Below are positions 12,289 to 25,053 of a DNA stretch of 64,000 nucleotides, one piece after another (within the stretch, counting starts at the first letter, position 1; every line of letters starts with the position of its first letter). Origin of the DNA: Glaucostegus cemiculus (Eukaryota); the NCBI GenBank assembly GCA_976551045.1, contig CDPCPM010000033.1:27528001-27592000 (forward strand), in the 5' to 3' direction. Under the pieces are notes generated by a model, which was given only the letters and a program-made list of their open reading frames with translations, was not told the DNA's origin and did no database searches. Both the position numbers and the translations under genes were made by a program.

Positions 12289-13456
12289 CTGCAACAGAAA
12301 GGAGTAGCATTATAAATATCACATATATTCAACTAGCCTGAGGTATGCTGAGTTTTACTGAAGGTTCCAACCTGAACAGTTAACATTCTGTTATTGAAAC
12401 GGTATTTTGAGTTTTTTTTAAGTACTAGCATGGACTTACTGCAATGCGGAACTCCCAAAGCAGTTGTTTCTTTGACAAACTTTCTGCAAGATCTGAGACC
12501 ACATTGATTTTAATGGGAATTCTAGAGCAATAATTTTACATTTTTACTTTTGTGTTTGCTTTGGCTTGTGTTTCCTTAAGTGCTTTATATGCTACATTAT
12601 TATCTTTGAATCCTTTCAAAAAAAAGTATTTATTTGTTTAATTATTTGCCTTGATTTTAGTGGTTTTTAAACTAGTTTGAACATCAGACAATTAAATACG
12701 AATAAAATAATTGATGACTACTACAGTTGGCAAAACTCTGTCCTCAGCTTTGCCAACCATCAGGAAGTTTCCAGAAAAGGGCCTCTAATTTGCATGACCT
12801 GATAGAAATGCTGCTGGACTCCAGGGGTGTGGAAAATCATTAGGGCAGGACATTTCCATTGGACCCCGGTGAAAGCAACAGCAATTTAGGTAGGCTACAG
12901 ATTAGCATGATCACATCCATAGATTTTATTTTTATTTCTTCAGTAATATTATTTTTCTCTGAGTGAAACTTGGTCTCTCCCTCATTTGAATATGTTAAAG
13001 ACTAACCTTTACGGAGTATTGTTTACAGATCAGAATGAACAAGATTGGGAAAGCACAGGAAATTGATGCTTAGGAGTTGATGTAGAAGTTCAGCCTTGCT
13101 CCTGCTAAATAGTGGAGCAGGCTATTTAGCCTCAACTTGCTCACATTCTTTGGGTCTAAAAAGCTAAATATACATCTCAGGAAATGGACAGATTGAGTGT
13201 ACTGAAATAGAGAATGATCAGCATTAAAACAGTTCGACAGTTTTTTGACATTATTTGTTATAACTAGATTTGTTTTTTAGCTATTGCTAGGAAAGGCAGA
13301 TAAGAATACCACATACAAAATATAACAAAAACTGACCAAGTGGCTTATCAGTGTCATTTTGGAGTTGCAAGACAATCATTCTCCTTTAAAACTGATGAAG
13401 TCTCGGCTCATAAGATGAAAAAGGGAGCAAAGACTATAACTATTATTGATCAATAC

Positions 13457-13744
13457 CTTTCACAGTCACTTCAGTTTTGCATGAATCCTTTCCAATATCA
13501 TTGCTGGCCTCACAAATATATTGACAAGCATCTCCCTTGTCTGCTTTCAGTATTATCAAGTGAGGTGTATTTTCCACATAAGTTATCTTGTAATTGCCAC
13601 CCGATCGAATCACTTTGCCATCCTTCAGCCAAGTAACCTTAATTGGGGGAGAGCCAATTAAGTGGCATTCAAGATCCACAGTTTGCCCACTTGTTACCTC
13701 CACTGGTTCTATTTTTTTGTCAAATAGAGGGGCAACTCTAGATT
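13457..13744 (-). CDS. ttn: titin Ig exon J2
   Basis: 288 nt, ESRVAPLFDKKIEPVEVTSG. Confidence 0.95.
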
Positions 13745-13904
13745 CTGAAAATATTACAATAAAGAATTATATTCCATTATATAAGTATCAATTGCAAAGT
13801 AATAAGGTCTATCAATTATGGATCAAAGCAGATAGCAAAGTAAAATTAAGGTAAATGTTAATTAATTAAAGAAGCTCAATTCATAAATATTTAAACCAAC
13901 ATAC

Positions 13905-14192
13905 CTGTAAGAGCTAGTTTCGAACTACATGAAACAACTCCAACTATGTTGGAAGCTTTGCAAGTGTATTCACCAGCATGATTCATCTCAGTTTTAAGAA
14001 TTTTAAGAGTTGCTACATTCTCTATGAAAGACATAATTAAGTTTTCTCCAGGGAGCAATTTTACACCATCTTTAAACCAAGAAGTTTTAATAGGAGCAGA
14101 ACCAGCAGTACAACATTCAAATGTTACTGGTAGACCAAGAGTCACTTCCATATTCTTAATTTTCCTGACGAAAGAAGGTGCGGTTTTATGTT
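13905..14192 (-). CDS. ttn: titin Ig exon I2
   Basis: 288 nt, EHKTAPSFVRKIKNMEVTLG. Confidence 0.95.
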
Positions 14193-14219
14193 CTGTAAAA
14201 TAAACCATTATGGATTGAG

Positions 14220-14735
14220 AAGACTATTCTGACTTCCTCCTTGCTTCCCCTACGCACATACTAACTGTTAGAGATTCATGTGCAAAGAAACCCAAGTCAC
14301 TCTAAAAGCTAACACTTTTCAATCTCTCACCATGAAACAACACTTGAGAAGTTTGACAAAGCAACTAACTTAACCATATCTACAATTCTAAATCTCTTTA
14401 AACATCCACTTCCTCCATTATCAGTATGACATGGCTGCGCAATGCACCTCATGTACTTGACTCTCTGACAGCACCTCCTACCTCTATCACCAAGAAAGCA
14501 CACTTAGAACACAACCACTTGCAAAGCCTTCTCCAAGTTGCTTAATATTCTGGCATGTAAATATATCGCTACTCATTCATCATCACAGAATCTATGTTCT
14601 GGACTTCCCAATAACAATGTGTGTTTATCTTTCCGAGAAGAACAGTGGTTGTTAAAGAAGTTGGCTCAACAACACTTTCTCAAATAAACACTGGTGATAT
14701 GAGTAATGTCCACATCTTGAAAAATAAATAATAAG
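14220..14735. mobile_element. old composite LINE remnant, copy 1
   Basis: acttttcaatctctcaccatgaaacaacact...aatgtccacatcttgaaaaataaataa, similar to 5930-6505. Confidence 0.5.
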
Positions 14736-15442
14736 AACTCATACACCAAGCCTTCATTATCCACAAGAGGAAGGGACTTCCCACGTATAATGAATAAAAT
14801 TAACACCACTACGACATTGTCTTCTGTACCCTATAACCTTCCAAATAAACAAATATCTGCCCTATAATGTTCTGAAAATATTCACTCACATTGGATTGTT
14901 CAAATACTTATAAGGCAATAATAGTAGTTACTTCAAATGAAAGCATTTGTACTTGAAAACAGAGATCAGTTTTGAAATACAAGGTGAAGTACGCAAAGGC
15001 TGCTCTCTATTGGAACAGCGCACAGCAGGGAGCCACCTGACCCTAGCAGTCTAGAAACTGATCACCACATTCATGCAATGATCGCTACCTCAGCATGCAC
15101 ATGCATATAGATATACATGTTCAAAAAAGTTTAAGATAGGGACTGGGAACTAACTCACGAATATGTGATAGTAAATCCACTAATAATGAGGACTGCTTGC
15201 ATATGTACATTCTCTACATTAAGTCATTGGTTAAGAGACAATATTTAAATACATGTGGACAAAATCAGATGCCTGCAGGAAATTCTACATTAGAATAATA
15301 CCCATTACATGCTTATTGGACAGTAGAACAATGAATGAAATCAACGCTTTGAAAATATTGCCAATAGATTTGACTAAACAAAGGACAGGAATTGCAAATA
15401 TAAGCTTCCCAACTCTTGTAATCACTGATAGCCATTACTAAC

Positions 15443-15733
15443 CTTGGATCAGAACAAATACATTAAACTCTGCAGTGCCTACTTCATTGGATGCTTCACA
15501 TGTATAAACACCAGAATCAGCAAGCTGTGCTTTCTTAACGTTCAATATCACTACATTATTTTTAAATGCTAGCTCATAATTTTCAGCTTGCAAGATCTCT
15601 TGCTCATCTTTGAACCAGGTTACAGATAATGGTTGTGAACCAGAAACACGGGCTTCAAGTTTTATAGATTTTCCTTCTGTATCCTGTATTGTTTCAAGAG
15701 GTTTTTTAGTAAAGCTTGGTGGAATTTTACGAT
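15443..15733 (-). CDS. ttn: titin Ig exon K1
   Basis: 291 nt, DRKIPPSFTKKPLETIQDTEG. Confidence 0.95.
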
Positions 15734-16704
15734 CTGTAACAGACAGGAGTAGCACTGTAAAAATTATAAACAACCAGCTGTCCTGAAGCATGCTAACCTT
15801 TGCCAGTGCTTACAACTAGAACTGTTTCCACTTAGTCTTTGAAGTGGCAGTGCACTACAGACTTCTGTTCATTGACAAGGACTTATTATTAATTCACTGC
15901 ACCACAGGATTTTGGACACCTTTACATTGATAAAGTTGCTTCTTGGATCATGCACATGGTCATATTTGGTGGAAATTCTGACAGCCTAATGATGTTAATA
16001 AGGATTGAAGAGGAAAAACTGAGAAGGCAAAGGTAAATGTATTACCCTATAAATTTTTTTCTTTACTTTGGTGTTTATCTATCTATCTATCTATTTATTT
16101 ATTTAAATCTTTTTATATTTACTTCAATTTTATTAATTTTTAACCTATCACTGAATATCGGACAAATTTAAAAACTCATAAAATCAAAGACAAATATTAT
16201 AGCCAGTAAAGCTCCATGCCAAACTTTGCCAATTGTCAAGAGCTTCTGGGACAGGACACCCTTACTGCTCCACCTAATAGAATGCTGCTGACTTCTGGAT
16301 GCAGAGGTCCTCTGAGGTAGGCCCTCTGCATTTGGCTTCATCGTGATCCTATTTTCTGGTCCTTAAAATATGCTTCAGGAAATGACTGATCCATTAGTAA
16401 AGTAAAGAATTAATGATCAGCACTAAAATAATTCCACTCTTATGTTATTTTTCACAGTTAGTTTTGTCTTTAAGTACTTGCAAAGGAAAATCAAAATAAG
16501 AAATGCACATGAACAACATAACAAAAATTGACCAAGTAACTAGCAAGAAAGACGTTAAAAAAACACTATCCTTTGAGACTAATCAAGCCTTACAACATTC
16601 TATCATTTTTAAAGATGTCAAATAAACAATTTTTCTATAATTAACAAAGCTTAGACATATGATATGCCAGAGAGTAAAGATCTATAATTGTTATTGATCA
16701 ATAC

Positions 16705-16992
16705 CTTTCACAATCACTTCAGTTTTGCATGAATCCATCCCAATATCATTGCTGGCCTCACAAGTGTATTGACAAGCATCTCCCTTGTCTGCTTTCAGAA
16801 TAATCAGGTGAGGTGTATTTTCCACACAAGTTATCTTGTAATTGCCACCCGATCGAATCTCTTTGCCATCCTTCAGCCAAGTAACTCTAATTGGGGAAGA
16901 CCCAATTAAGTGGCATTCAAGATCCACACTTTGCCCTGCTGTAACTTCTACCGGTTCTAGTCTTTTATCAAATTTGGGGGCAACCCTCAGTT
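16705..16992 (-). CDS. ttn: titin Ig exon J1
   Basis: 288 nt, ELRVAPKFDKRLEPVEVTAG. Confidence 0.95.
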
Positions 16993-17162
16993 CTAAAAAT
17001 GTAACAAAAATAATCATTTTTGTTGTAAAAGTATCAACAGCAAAGTAATAACAACGTGCAATAACAGATGAAAGCATATATTAAAATGTCAATACTATAA
17101 AATTTATGGTAAATATTAATTAATTAAAGATGTTGAATTAGTAAATGTTTAACCCAAAGTAC

Positions 17163-17450
17163 CTTTGAGAGCTAATTTGGAACTGCATGAAGCATCTCCC
17201 ATCATGTTTGATGCTTTGCAAGTGTATTCACCAGCATGCTCCATCTCAGTTTTAAGAATTTTAAGAGCTGCTACATTCTCCATGAAAGATATAATTAAAT
17301 TTTCTCCGGGGACCAATTTTGCACCATCTTTAAACCAAGAAGTTTCAATAGGTGCTGAACCAGTTGTACAACACTCAAATGTTACTGGAAGACCAAGAGT
17401 TACTTCCATATTCTTAACTTTTCTTACAAAGGAAGGTGCAGTTTTGTGTT
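17163..17450 (-). CDS. ttn: titin Ig exon I1
   Basis: 288 nt, EHKTAPSFVRKVKNMEVTLG. Confidence 0.95.
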
Positions 17451-17589
17451 CTGTAAAATAAACCGTAACGGATTGAGTTAATATGTGATTGTACAAGCTT
17501 CCTTTAACAGTAAGTAAAAGATCAAACGTGTTCCAACAGAAATACACAAATTCGGCACAAATGCCAATTAATCTACCAATCAACATCAC

Positions 17590-17868
17590 CTTGTACAGTG
17601 AGCACAGCCTTTGATGAGCAGGAACCTATTTTGTTTTCAGCTTTACAAATAAATTCCCCGCAGTCATTCATTGCTACTTTCTTCCATTCCAATTTTGCAA
17701 CATTGTTCACAAACTCCATTTTGCAATTTGGCATGGCTCTCAGTTTTGTATCTCCTTTGTACCAAGCTACTTTTATTTCAGGTGTCCCAGCAAGTGTGCA
17801 TTGAAAAGATCCCGAGTCACCAACTGTTATTTCCAGAGGCTCTAAATGTTGGACAAATGTTGGTGGTT
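17590..17868 (-). CDS. ttn: titin Ig exon H
   Basis: 279 nt, [24 protein letters not shown]. Confidence 0.95.
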
Positions 17869-17993
17869 CTAAGATAAAAACAATACATATCAATGACTAA
17901 AAAAGATGCATATCAAATGTTTAGAAAAAGAAAGCAAATAAGAAAAGTATTGATTTTAATTCTACAGCTGAAAGAAATTAAAAGTGAACAAAC

Positions 17994-18272
17994 CCAATAT
18001 CTTCACTTCAGCATGACAGGTGTCCCTTCCAGCATCATTTTCTACTTCACAAGTATATGTTGCACCATCATCTCTAACAGTGTTGAGAATCTCCAAAATA
18101 CAAGATGATTCAGTGGTCGTTATAATATGCTTTTCAGACTGGAATATCTCAAATCCATTCTTCTTCCAGATTATTTTGATTTCCGGAGAACCAGAGTATA
18201 TGCAGTCAAGACAAACTGATTTTCCCAGTACTGCACTGGAATCTTTCATTTTTTTCTGGAATACTGCCGGTT
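17994..18272 (-). CDS. ttn: titin Ig exon G
   Basis: 279 nt, EPAVFQKKMKDSSAVLGKSVCLDC. Confidence 0.95.
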
Positions 18273-18372
18273 CTGGTAAGAGTACATCAGAAAACAGTTG
18301 TAAAAATATATACTTATAATGTTGGTAGAATGTTATTACTCGTGTTCATCTTTAAACCTGTATTTCACAAAC

Positions 18373-18651
18373 CTTTCACAAATAATTTTGTTGTACAAGA
18401 ATCTTCACCAGCTTCATTTTTGACTCGGCAAATGTAGTCTCCACTTTGGGAAGGTTCCACATTTAGTAGCTCAAGTACTGATGTTGAGTCACTTAAAGAA
18501 ATGTGACATTTTCTTCCTGTTATCAGCTCAGTGCTACCTCTAAACCATTTTACTTTCAATGGTGTTGTCCCAGTAACAACACTTGTAAACTTCACTGTTG
18601 AGCCAGGTAAAACTTCCTGAGAATCAGGTTTGCTCACAAATGAGGGTGGTT
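18373..18651 (-). CDS. ttn: titin Ig exon F9
   Basis: 279 nt, EPPSFVSKPDSQEVLPG. Confidence 0.95.
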
Positions 18652-19059
18652 CTAAAGGGGTGAAAATGAAATTATGTACTGTATAATTTATTTGGAATTT
18701 AAATTTCAGAAACATTTTATTATAAATGAAAATAAAACCATTTGTTATTTTTCATATGTTTTACCCCCCTTGTAATCTTCTTCTGACAGCAACCCATACT
18801 AACACATCTGCGCTGCACCTTCCTGTTTCTTTAAATCTAATTGTAGATGATCAGCATCATCAGATCATTCCATTCGTAATGATCATTAATAATCATTAAT
18901 GAATCTGTTTCCACCCTGACTCAAGACTCACACTAGTGTGCTTTCAAACTTGGTTCCCCACTTTTTATCTAACATCATGGGAGGCATCAATAATCCCACA
19001 ATTCCAGCAATGTTTATTTTTCTCGTCTATGCTCTCACTCATTTTTTTCTACTTACAAC

Positions 19060-19525
19060 TCTTTTAGAAAAATTAATTGTAATTTGCAAGATCAGCTGGC
19101 ACCACACCCCTATGTGCCTTTTGGTATCTCTTGGCCTCTATCACAGGGACTTCCTATGTTTTCTCCACCCTCCCCCTTCTCTGCAATTTAAAACATGTTT
19201 GATTTCCAGAGACACGGGAGAGTGCAGATGCTGGAATATGGAGCAACAAGCAATCTGCTGGAGGAACGCGGCAGGTCAAGTGCCACGGGGGGGGGGGGGG
19301 GGGAGGAATTATCTGTTTTGAGTTAAAACCCTGCATCAGGGCAGGGTTTCAACCCAAAACATCGGCAATTGATTTTTAACCTGGCTGAATTTGATGAAAG
19401 GTCATCAACTCGAAACAAAAGTACTGTTTCTCTCTCCAAAGATGTTGTCTGACTAGCTAATGTTTCAACCACATTATCTTTTTATTTCAGATCTCCATCA
19501 TCTGTAGCTTATAGCTTTTCAAGAA
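19060..19525. mobile_element. nested Penelope-like terminal-repeat remnants
   Basis: tgcagatgctggaat..gagcaac..aatctgctggaggaac motif, inverted repeat 19315-19360 and tgatgaaaggtc..gaaac core; family assignment from recall. Confidence 0.55.
19287..19303 (+). repeat. G17 homopolymer
   Basis: 17 consecutive G inside the Penelope-like remnant. Confidence 0.9.
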
Positions 19526-19677
19526 TTACACTGTCTCTGAGCACCATAAAGCATTTGCAATAAATGAACACACTTATAGCCAATTGGTTATCAAGCAAAA
19601 ATTATTACAAATTATAAAGCACCATTTTTATACAAAGAATAAGAAAACTTTGAATCATCATTAAGAATTAAACTGAC

Positions 19678-19965
19678 CTTTCACCGTCAAAACACCGCTG
19701 CATTCATTGCTTCCTGCAGCATTAGTTGCTTTACATAAATAATTGCCAGCATCTGATAGTTCCAAACTATTTATTTTCAAATCACACTTATTTTCTCCAA
19801 AAACCAGATGATATTTTTCTCCATGGACAATTTCATGTCCATCTTTAAACCAAGACATAGCAATTGGAGGTGATCCAGAAACCTTGCATTCCATTTGGAG
19901 GGGAGAAGCTAAGATACCATCCATTTTCTTTAATTTTCTAATAAATGTTGGTGGAATAATACGAT
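19678..19965 (-). CDS. ttn: titin Ig exon E9
   Basis: 288 nt, DRIIPPTFIRKLKKMDGILA. Confidence 0.95.
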
Positions 19966-20067
19966 CTGTTTAAATGGAAACAATTATGATTAGAAAGAGA
20001 TTCTAAAAATGGGTTAATAAATGGTAAAGAAAATTGGACAAAAGATTGAAAACGTAGGAAGTCAAAC

Positions 20068-20346
20068 CTAGAACGTTGACTGACAATTTGCAGCTGCTGC
20101 TACCAACATTATTCTGGACTTCAAAAGTATATTCACCACCATCTGCCTTCTCCGCAGACAGAATTTTTAGGCTAGCAATTCCATTAAGAAAACTAATCTT
20201 GTACTTTCTGCCAGATACCAGCTCTTGATCTTCCTTCAACCATTTTACTTTTAGCTCAGGTGTGCCTTTAACAACGCATTCCAAAGTCACTGGATCCCCT
20301 GAAGTTACGCTGACAGATTCTGCTTTTTCCACAATTGTGGCAGGTT
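20068..20346 (-). CDS. ttn: titin Ig exon D9
   Basis: 279 nt, EPATIVEKAESVSVTSG. Confidence 0.95.
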
Positions 20347-20464
20347 CTATAAGAAGTAAATTCATTTTTACAAAGTATTCTTATATATTGGTAAATAGAA
20401 TAATGGTAGGCAATGTTCTCAAGTATGAATTAAATTTCATATATATTGACATTAAGCTACTGAC

Positions 20465-20743
20465 CCAAAAGTGATAATGTAGCAGAGGACTCTTGCTTTC
20501 CAGCATCATTTTTGATTTGACAAACATACATTCCAGCATGTACTTGCTCCATTTTTGAAATATGCAAAGTAACAATGTTTTGTTCATGGGTGATAGTTAT
20601 ATCCTCATTATCTTTCACTTGTTTCTTTTCTTTCATCCATGTTACTTCAATTGGTTCTGAACCTCTAACAGTAGCTTGTAATGTCACAGACTCTCCAAAC
20701 ACTGAAGAAATGTTTGAAAGTTTCTTCACAAACATGGGTGGCT
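20465..20743 (-). CDS. ttn: titin Ig exon C9
   Basis: 279 nt, EPPMFVKKLSNISSVFG. Confidence 0.95.
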
Positions 20744-20852
20744 CTGAAGAATTAAAGAAGTATATCTTATGTGTGAAATATAAACTTATAGAAATGATTT
20801 CCCAAAACTGGTAGAGTAAAATTTAAATACAGAACTTAGAAAATTTACTGAC

Positions 20853-21131
20853 CTTTGAGATTTAATGTGCCAGTGCAATTAATACTTCCCACATCATTCT
20901 TGACCATGCACATGTATTCCCCTACGTCAGGTGACTCTACTTTAAGAATATAAAGACTTGCCACATGGTTTTCATAAGTAATTTTATACTTTTTACTTGC
21001 TCGAATTTGCCTTTTGTCTTTGTACCAGGTAACTTCAAAAGGAGATGTACCACTGAATTCACACTGCAGTATGACATCAGAAGTTTTTATTACATCCACT
21101 GCCTCAAGTGTTTTACTGAAAACAGGTGGTT
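20853..21131 (-). CDS. ttn: titin Ig exon B9
   Basis: 279 nt, EPPVFSKTLEAVDVIKT. Confidence 0.95.
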
Positions 21132-21222
21132 CTGGAAAAAGATGATAATTTGTCTTTTATGTATTTATGATGAAATAACCTTTTATAACTTTTTTGGCTG
21201 GTAAAAGGAAATAACTACCTAC

Positions 21223-21504
21223 CTTTGACATTAACTGCTACACTGCAGCTAACACTGCCAGCTTCATTGTGAGCTTCACAAATGTAATCACCGCTATCTT
21301 CTAAACTAGAGTCATTGACTTCAAGAACTGCTGCAGAATTATCAAAATGCATTTTATATTTGTCACCATCTCTGATTTCAGTATCATTCTTGAACCATGA
21401 AATTTTGATTTCAGGTGTTCCAGTCACTTTGCATTCAAAATGTGCTGATTCACCCTTCTTCAGTATTTTGGATGGTTCCAGTTTCTGGATGAAAGATGGA
21501 GGCT
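21223..21504 (-). CDS. ttn: titin Ig exon A9
   Basis: 282 nt, EPPSFIQKLEPSKILKKG. Confidence 0.95.
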
Positions 21505-21943
21505 CTAGGAAAACAAAATACAACACATTTAGTGCTGGTGTTACAAGAAGATTATGTTTTGGAAAGTGGAATTGTGAAAATTGTGGAAGGAATGTGAATC
21601 ATGAATATGAATCATATGAGAATGCTTCAAAAGTTTTAAAAAGACATACATAAATCAACTGTAATTTTATTGTATTTCATAAATAAAAAAGAAATGACTT
21701 AATGAAGAGTACACAACATATTCTTGAGATCATGAAGAGTACAAGAAGATAATGTAGGATTGCTATGATAAAGAATATAAGATGATAACACAAATGATGT
21801 CATAACGAGCAAAAGATGTTAACAAAAGAATACATATAACAAAGATCTGCACGAACTGTGAAGAACCCTAAAAGACATAAACAACAAGGAAGAACTAAAC
21901 AAGACACTGAGAAAACACACCCACACAACAAAGAATTCCACAC

Positions 21944-22222
21944 CTGTCACAAACAATTTTGCTGTACAAGAATCTGTGCCAACATCATTGGTGACGTGGC
22001 AAGTATAATATCCCGTATTGGAATGGTTTACTGAATTCAGTTGCACGGAACTGGATGAAACCTCTGTTACAATGCAACACGTTCCATCAGAATTTAGCTC
22101 CTTGTCATCCTTAAACCATTTGAAAGACAGAGGAGGTGTTCCTTTTGCATCACTCTTGAACAGCACTGTAGACTGTGGGGGAACCTCCTGTGACACAGGC
22201 TTTTTTATAAATCTTGGTGGCT
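21944..22222 (-). CDS. ttn: titin Ig exon F8
   Basis: 279 nt, EPPRFIKKPVSQEVPPQ. Confidence 0.95.
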
Positions 22223-22406
22223 CTAAAATTCATTGAACAAAGAACATATTTGTTGCAAGAAAACATAAATTTATAATTTTTGAGTTATAAATAATGACTA
22301 ATAAATTCAGAATAGTTAGGTCACACAGAAGACATTCATGAGGTTAAAACGTGTCTGACATCTAATTTGCCAGAAGTATGAGTAAAAAATTCAAAGACAG
22401 TCACAC

Positions 22407-22694
22407 CTTTCACAATCAGTTTGCTACTGCATTCATCAGTTCCTGCTATATTTGATGCTCTGCAAGTATAAATTCCACAATCTGAGATTTCTAGTTGATT
22501 AATTTCCAAAGACGAGGTGTTATCTTGCTGTGATAGTTTATATTTATTACTGTCCATTATCTCCTTTCCATCTTTATGCCAAACAATGGTCATTGGAACA
22601 GAGCCAGATACTTTGCACTCCATGATCACAGAAGACCCTAGTGCAGTGCCCATGTCCGTTAATTTTTTTGTAAATGTTGGAGCAATCAATTGAT
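22407..22694 (-). CDS. ttn: titin Ig exon E8
   Basis: 288 nt, DQLIAPTFTKKLTDMGTALG. Confidence 0.95.
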
Positions 22695-22810
22695 CTGTAC
22701 AATACAGAGCACAACTTGTAAGCTTGAGATGCAAAGGTTAAACTAAGTTAGCAAAGTTGCCTTCTTGATTACCGCATTGTATTTTTCACACCCAAATTAG
22801 AAATACTAAC

Positions 22811-23089
22811 CTAATACAGTCAAGCAAGCTTTGCAGCTGTCAACTCCGAATTCATTCTGGACCTCCAAAGTATATTCACCACTATTCGACTTCTCTACCG
22901 ACTGAATCTTTAAGCTAGCCACATTATTCTCAAAGGTCAATTTATACTTTCTGCTGGATATGAGCTCCATTCCATCTTTAAACCATTTAACCTTTAGGTC
23001 TGGTGTGCCTGCTACAGTACATTCCAAAACTGCTGGATTGTTTACAGTTACGTTGCATGATTTTGCTCCCTCAACAATTTTTGCAGGTT
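22811..23089 (-). CDS. ttn: titin Ig exon D8
   Basis: 279 nt, EPAKIVEGAKSCNVTVN. Confidence 0.95.
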
Positions 23090-23242
23090 CTGTTAAGAGA
23101 AAATATTATTCTGAGTGATTTCAGTACATTTAATATTTTAATGCTATATTCTTTTTCACTGATTCACTGATAAGTAAATTTGAACAGAAATAAATCTTAT
23201 TTATATGTCAGCCAATCATATTTCTTAATATTCCCGACCAAC

Positions 23243-23521
23243 CTGTTACTATCAATGTGGCATAAGATTTCTCAATCCCTGCATCATTTTTGGCCTGACA
23301 GATGTATTTCCCACTATCTTTTGCTTCAGCTGCTGCAATTTTCAGCATAGCAAGATTGTTTTCAAAGGAAATTGATATATTTTCATCTTCTTTGATATCA
23401 TCATTATCTTTCATCCAATTTATAGATAAAGGCTCTGAGCCTGTTACGAGACAGTGAAAACCAGTAGAATTTCCAACAAATGTTGTAACATTTTCAATCT
23501 TCTTCAAAAACGAAGGGGGCT
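23243..23521 (-). CDS. ttn: titin Ig exon C8
   Basis: 279 nt, EPPSFLKKIENVTTFVG. Confidence 0.95.
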
Positions 23522-23767
23522 CTAATTCAAGATAAAGAGACATACAAATAAATATGTGTGATATGCTCTGCTCTCTTTCAAGATTGTAATAAAATGGCAA
23601 AATATGCTGTGTTCTGAAACTAATCACAAAAAAAATTAATATTAAAGTTAGCTGCTAAAACCCTAATATATCTCATTTTATTATTATGACTAAAAATACT
23701 CCATTTTACTTTTAAATACATTCACTAAAAGTGACAAAAGATATATTTCTATCACCATGTAACTAAC

Positions 23768-24046
23768 CTTTTAAACTGACAACACAACTGCAGGAGCAGC
23801 TTCCCACATCATTGGTTACTGTACAGTTATATTCACCAACAAGTGAAACATCCACCTTCAAGATATGAAGGCTAATTAAAACATTCTTTGTGATCATCTT
23901 GTATTTTTCACTTGGTGGAATCTTTTTATTGTCCTTATACCATATAACATCAAAGGGCCCTGTACCAGCCACCTCACATTCAAGAGTAACACCACTGCTT
24001 CTTATAACCTCAGCAGATTGAAGTTTCCTTCTGAAACTGGGAGGTT
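23768..24046 (-). CDS. ttn: titin Ig exon B8
   Basis: 279 nt, EPPSFRRKLQSAEVIRS. Confidence 0.95.
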
Positions 24047-24162
24047 CTATAAGGCAATCATGGTAAAGAAAGCAAAATTAACAAAATTACAGAAACTAAC
24101 AATATCCCTACCCAAGAAAGTATCAGATGTATTTTGATGCCAATTTGGACATTACTACAAAC

Positions 24163-24444
24163 CTTTAACTTCAACTTCTGTGCTGCAGCTGTCACTGCCA
24201 GCTTCATTTCGTATCTCACATACGTAGTACGTACTGTCCTCCAGAACCATATCAATAATCTCAAGAATTGCCACAGAACCATCAAATGATATCATGTATT
24301 TATCACTGGCAATAAGTTTAGCACCGTTTTTATACCAAGAAACTTTGATTTCAGGTGTTCCAGTTACAATGCACTCAAAGCGTGCTGAGACGCCTTTCTT
24401 CAATATTGTTGAAGAATTCAGCTTTTTAATGAAACTAGGGGGTT
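24163..24444 (-). CDS. ttn: titin Ig exon A8
   Basis: 282 nt, EPPSFIKKLNSSTILKKG. Confidence 0.95.
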
Positions 24445-25053
24445 CTAGAAACCAAAATATTATAAATTTAAATATACATTAAAAGATATTCAACAGTAAT
24501 TCAAATCAATTAAACAATTATAAACAACTGGGCCACTATAGCATTTAGGGCCCAAATTACTAATTTAAGAAATTCATGGTTTAATACCAAAATTAGAGCA
24601 AACAGCATTTTGTAATTAATACGCTATTAGGATGCACCCTTCACCATTCAATAGTGGGAGTGGGTAGTCTAGGTTGTAAATATCCTGGGAACTGCAATCA
24701 TTGCCCCTCTAGGACTGAATAATACAAATTAAATAACAGTGGCACTGTCTGCTTTGCCAGCTGTTTCTTAAACTCAACATCTTATATTGGTGTTCTCCAT
24801 CAATATATAGTGTTTTGCCTTGCAGTTAATGGCAAAACTGTAGAGTATCATAATATAGAACAATGAGTTTGATCTTAAGTCAAAATCTAAATGCTTCACC
24901 TCACTCTCTCCATGGATAGCTCTGCAATGTTCTACCACTTGAGTACACAACTGTCAAGGAAAAGTTAATGTTCCTAAACCTTCAAGACAGCAAAGCAAGA
25001 AAAACTGAGCTATATAAGGAATTAAAACTGCAGAATAAATCAGAATTGCACAC

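Noticed and set aside
19287-19303. G17 run as a functional G-quadruplex
   Set aside because: It reads poly-C on the transcript, lies within a decayed repeat and has no evidence of function.
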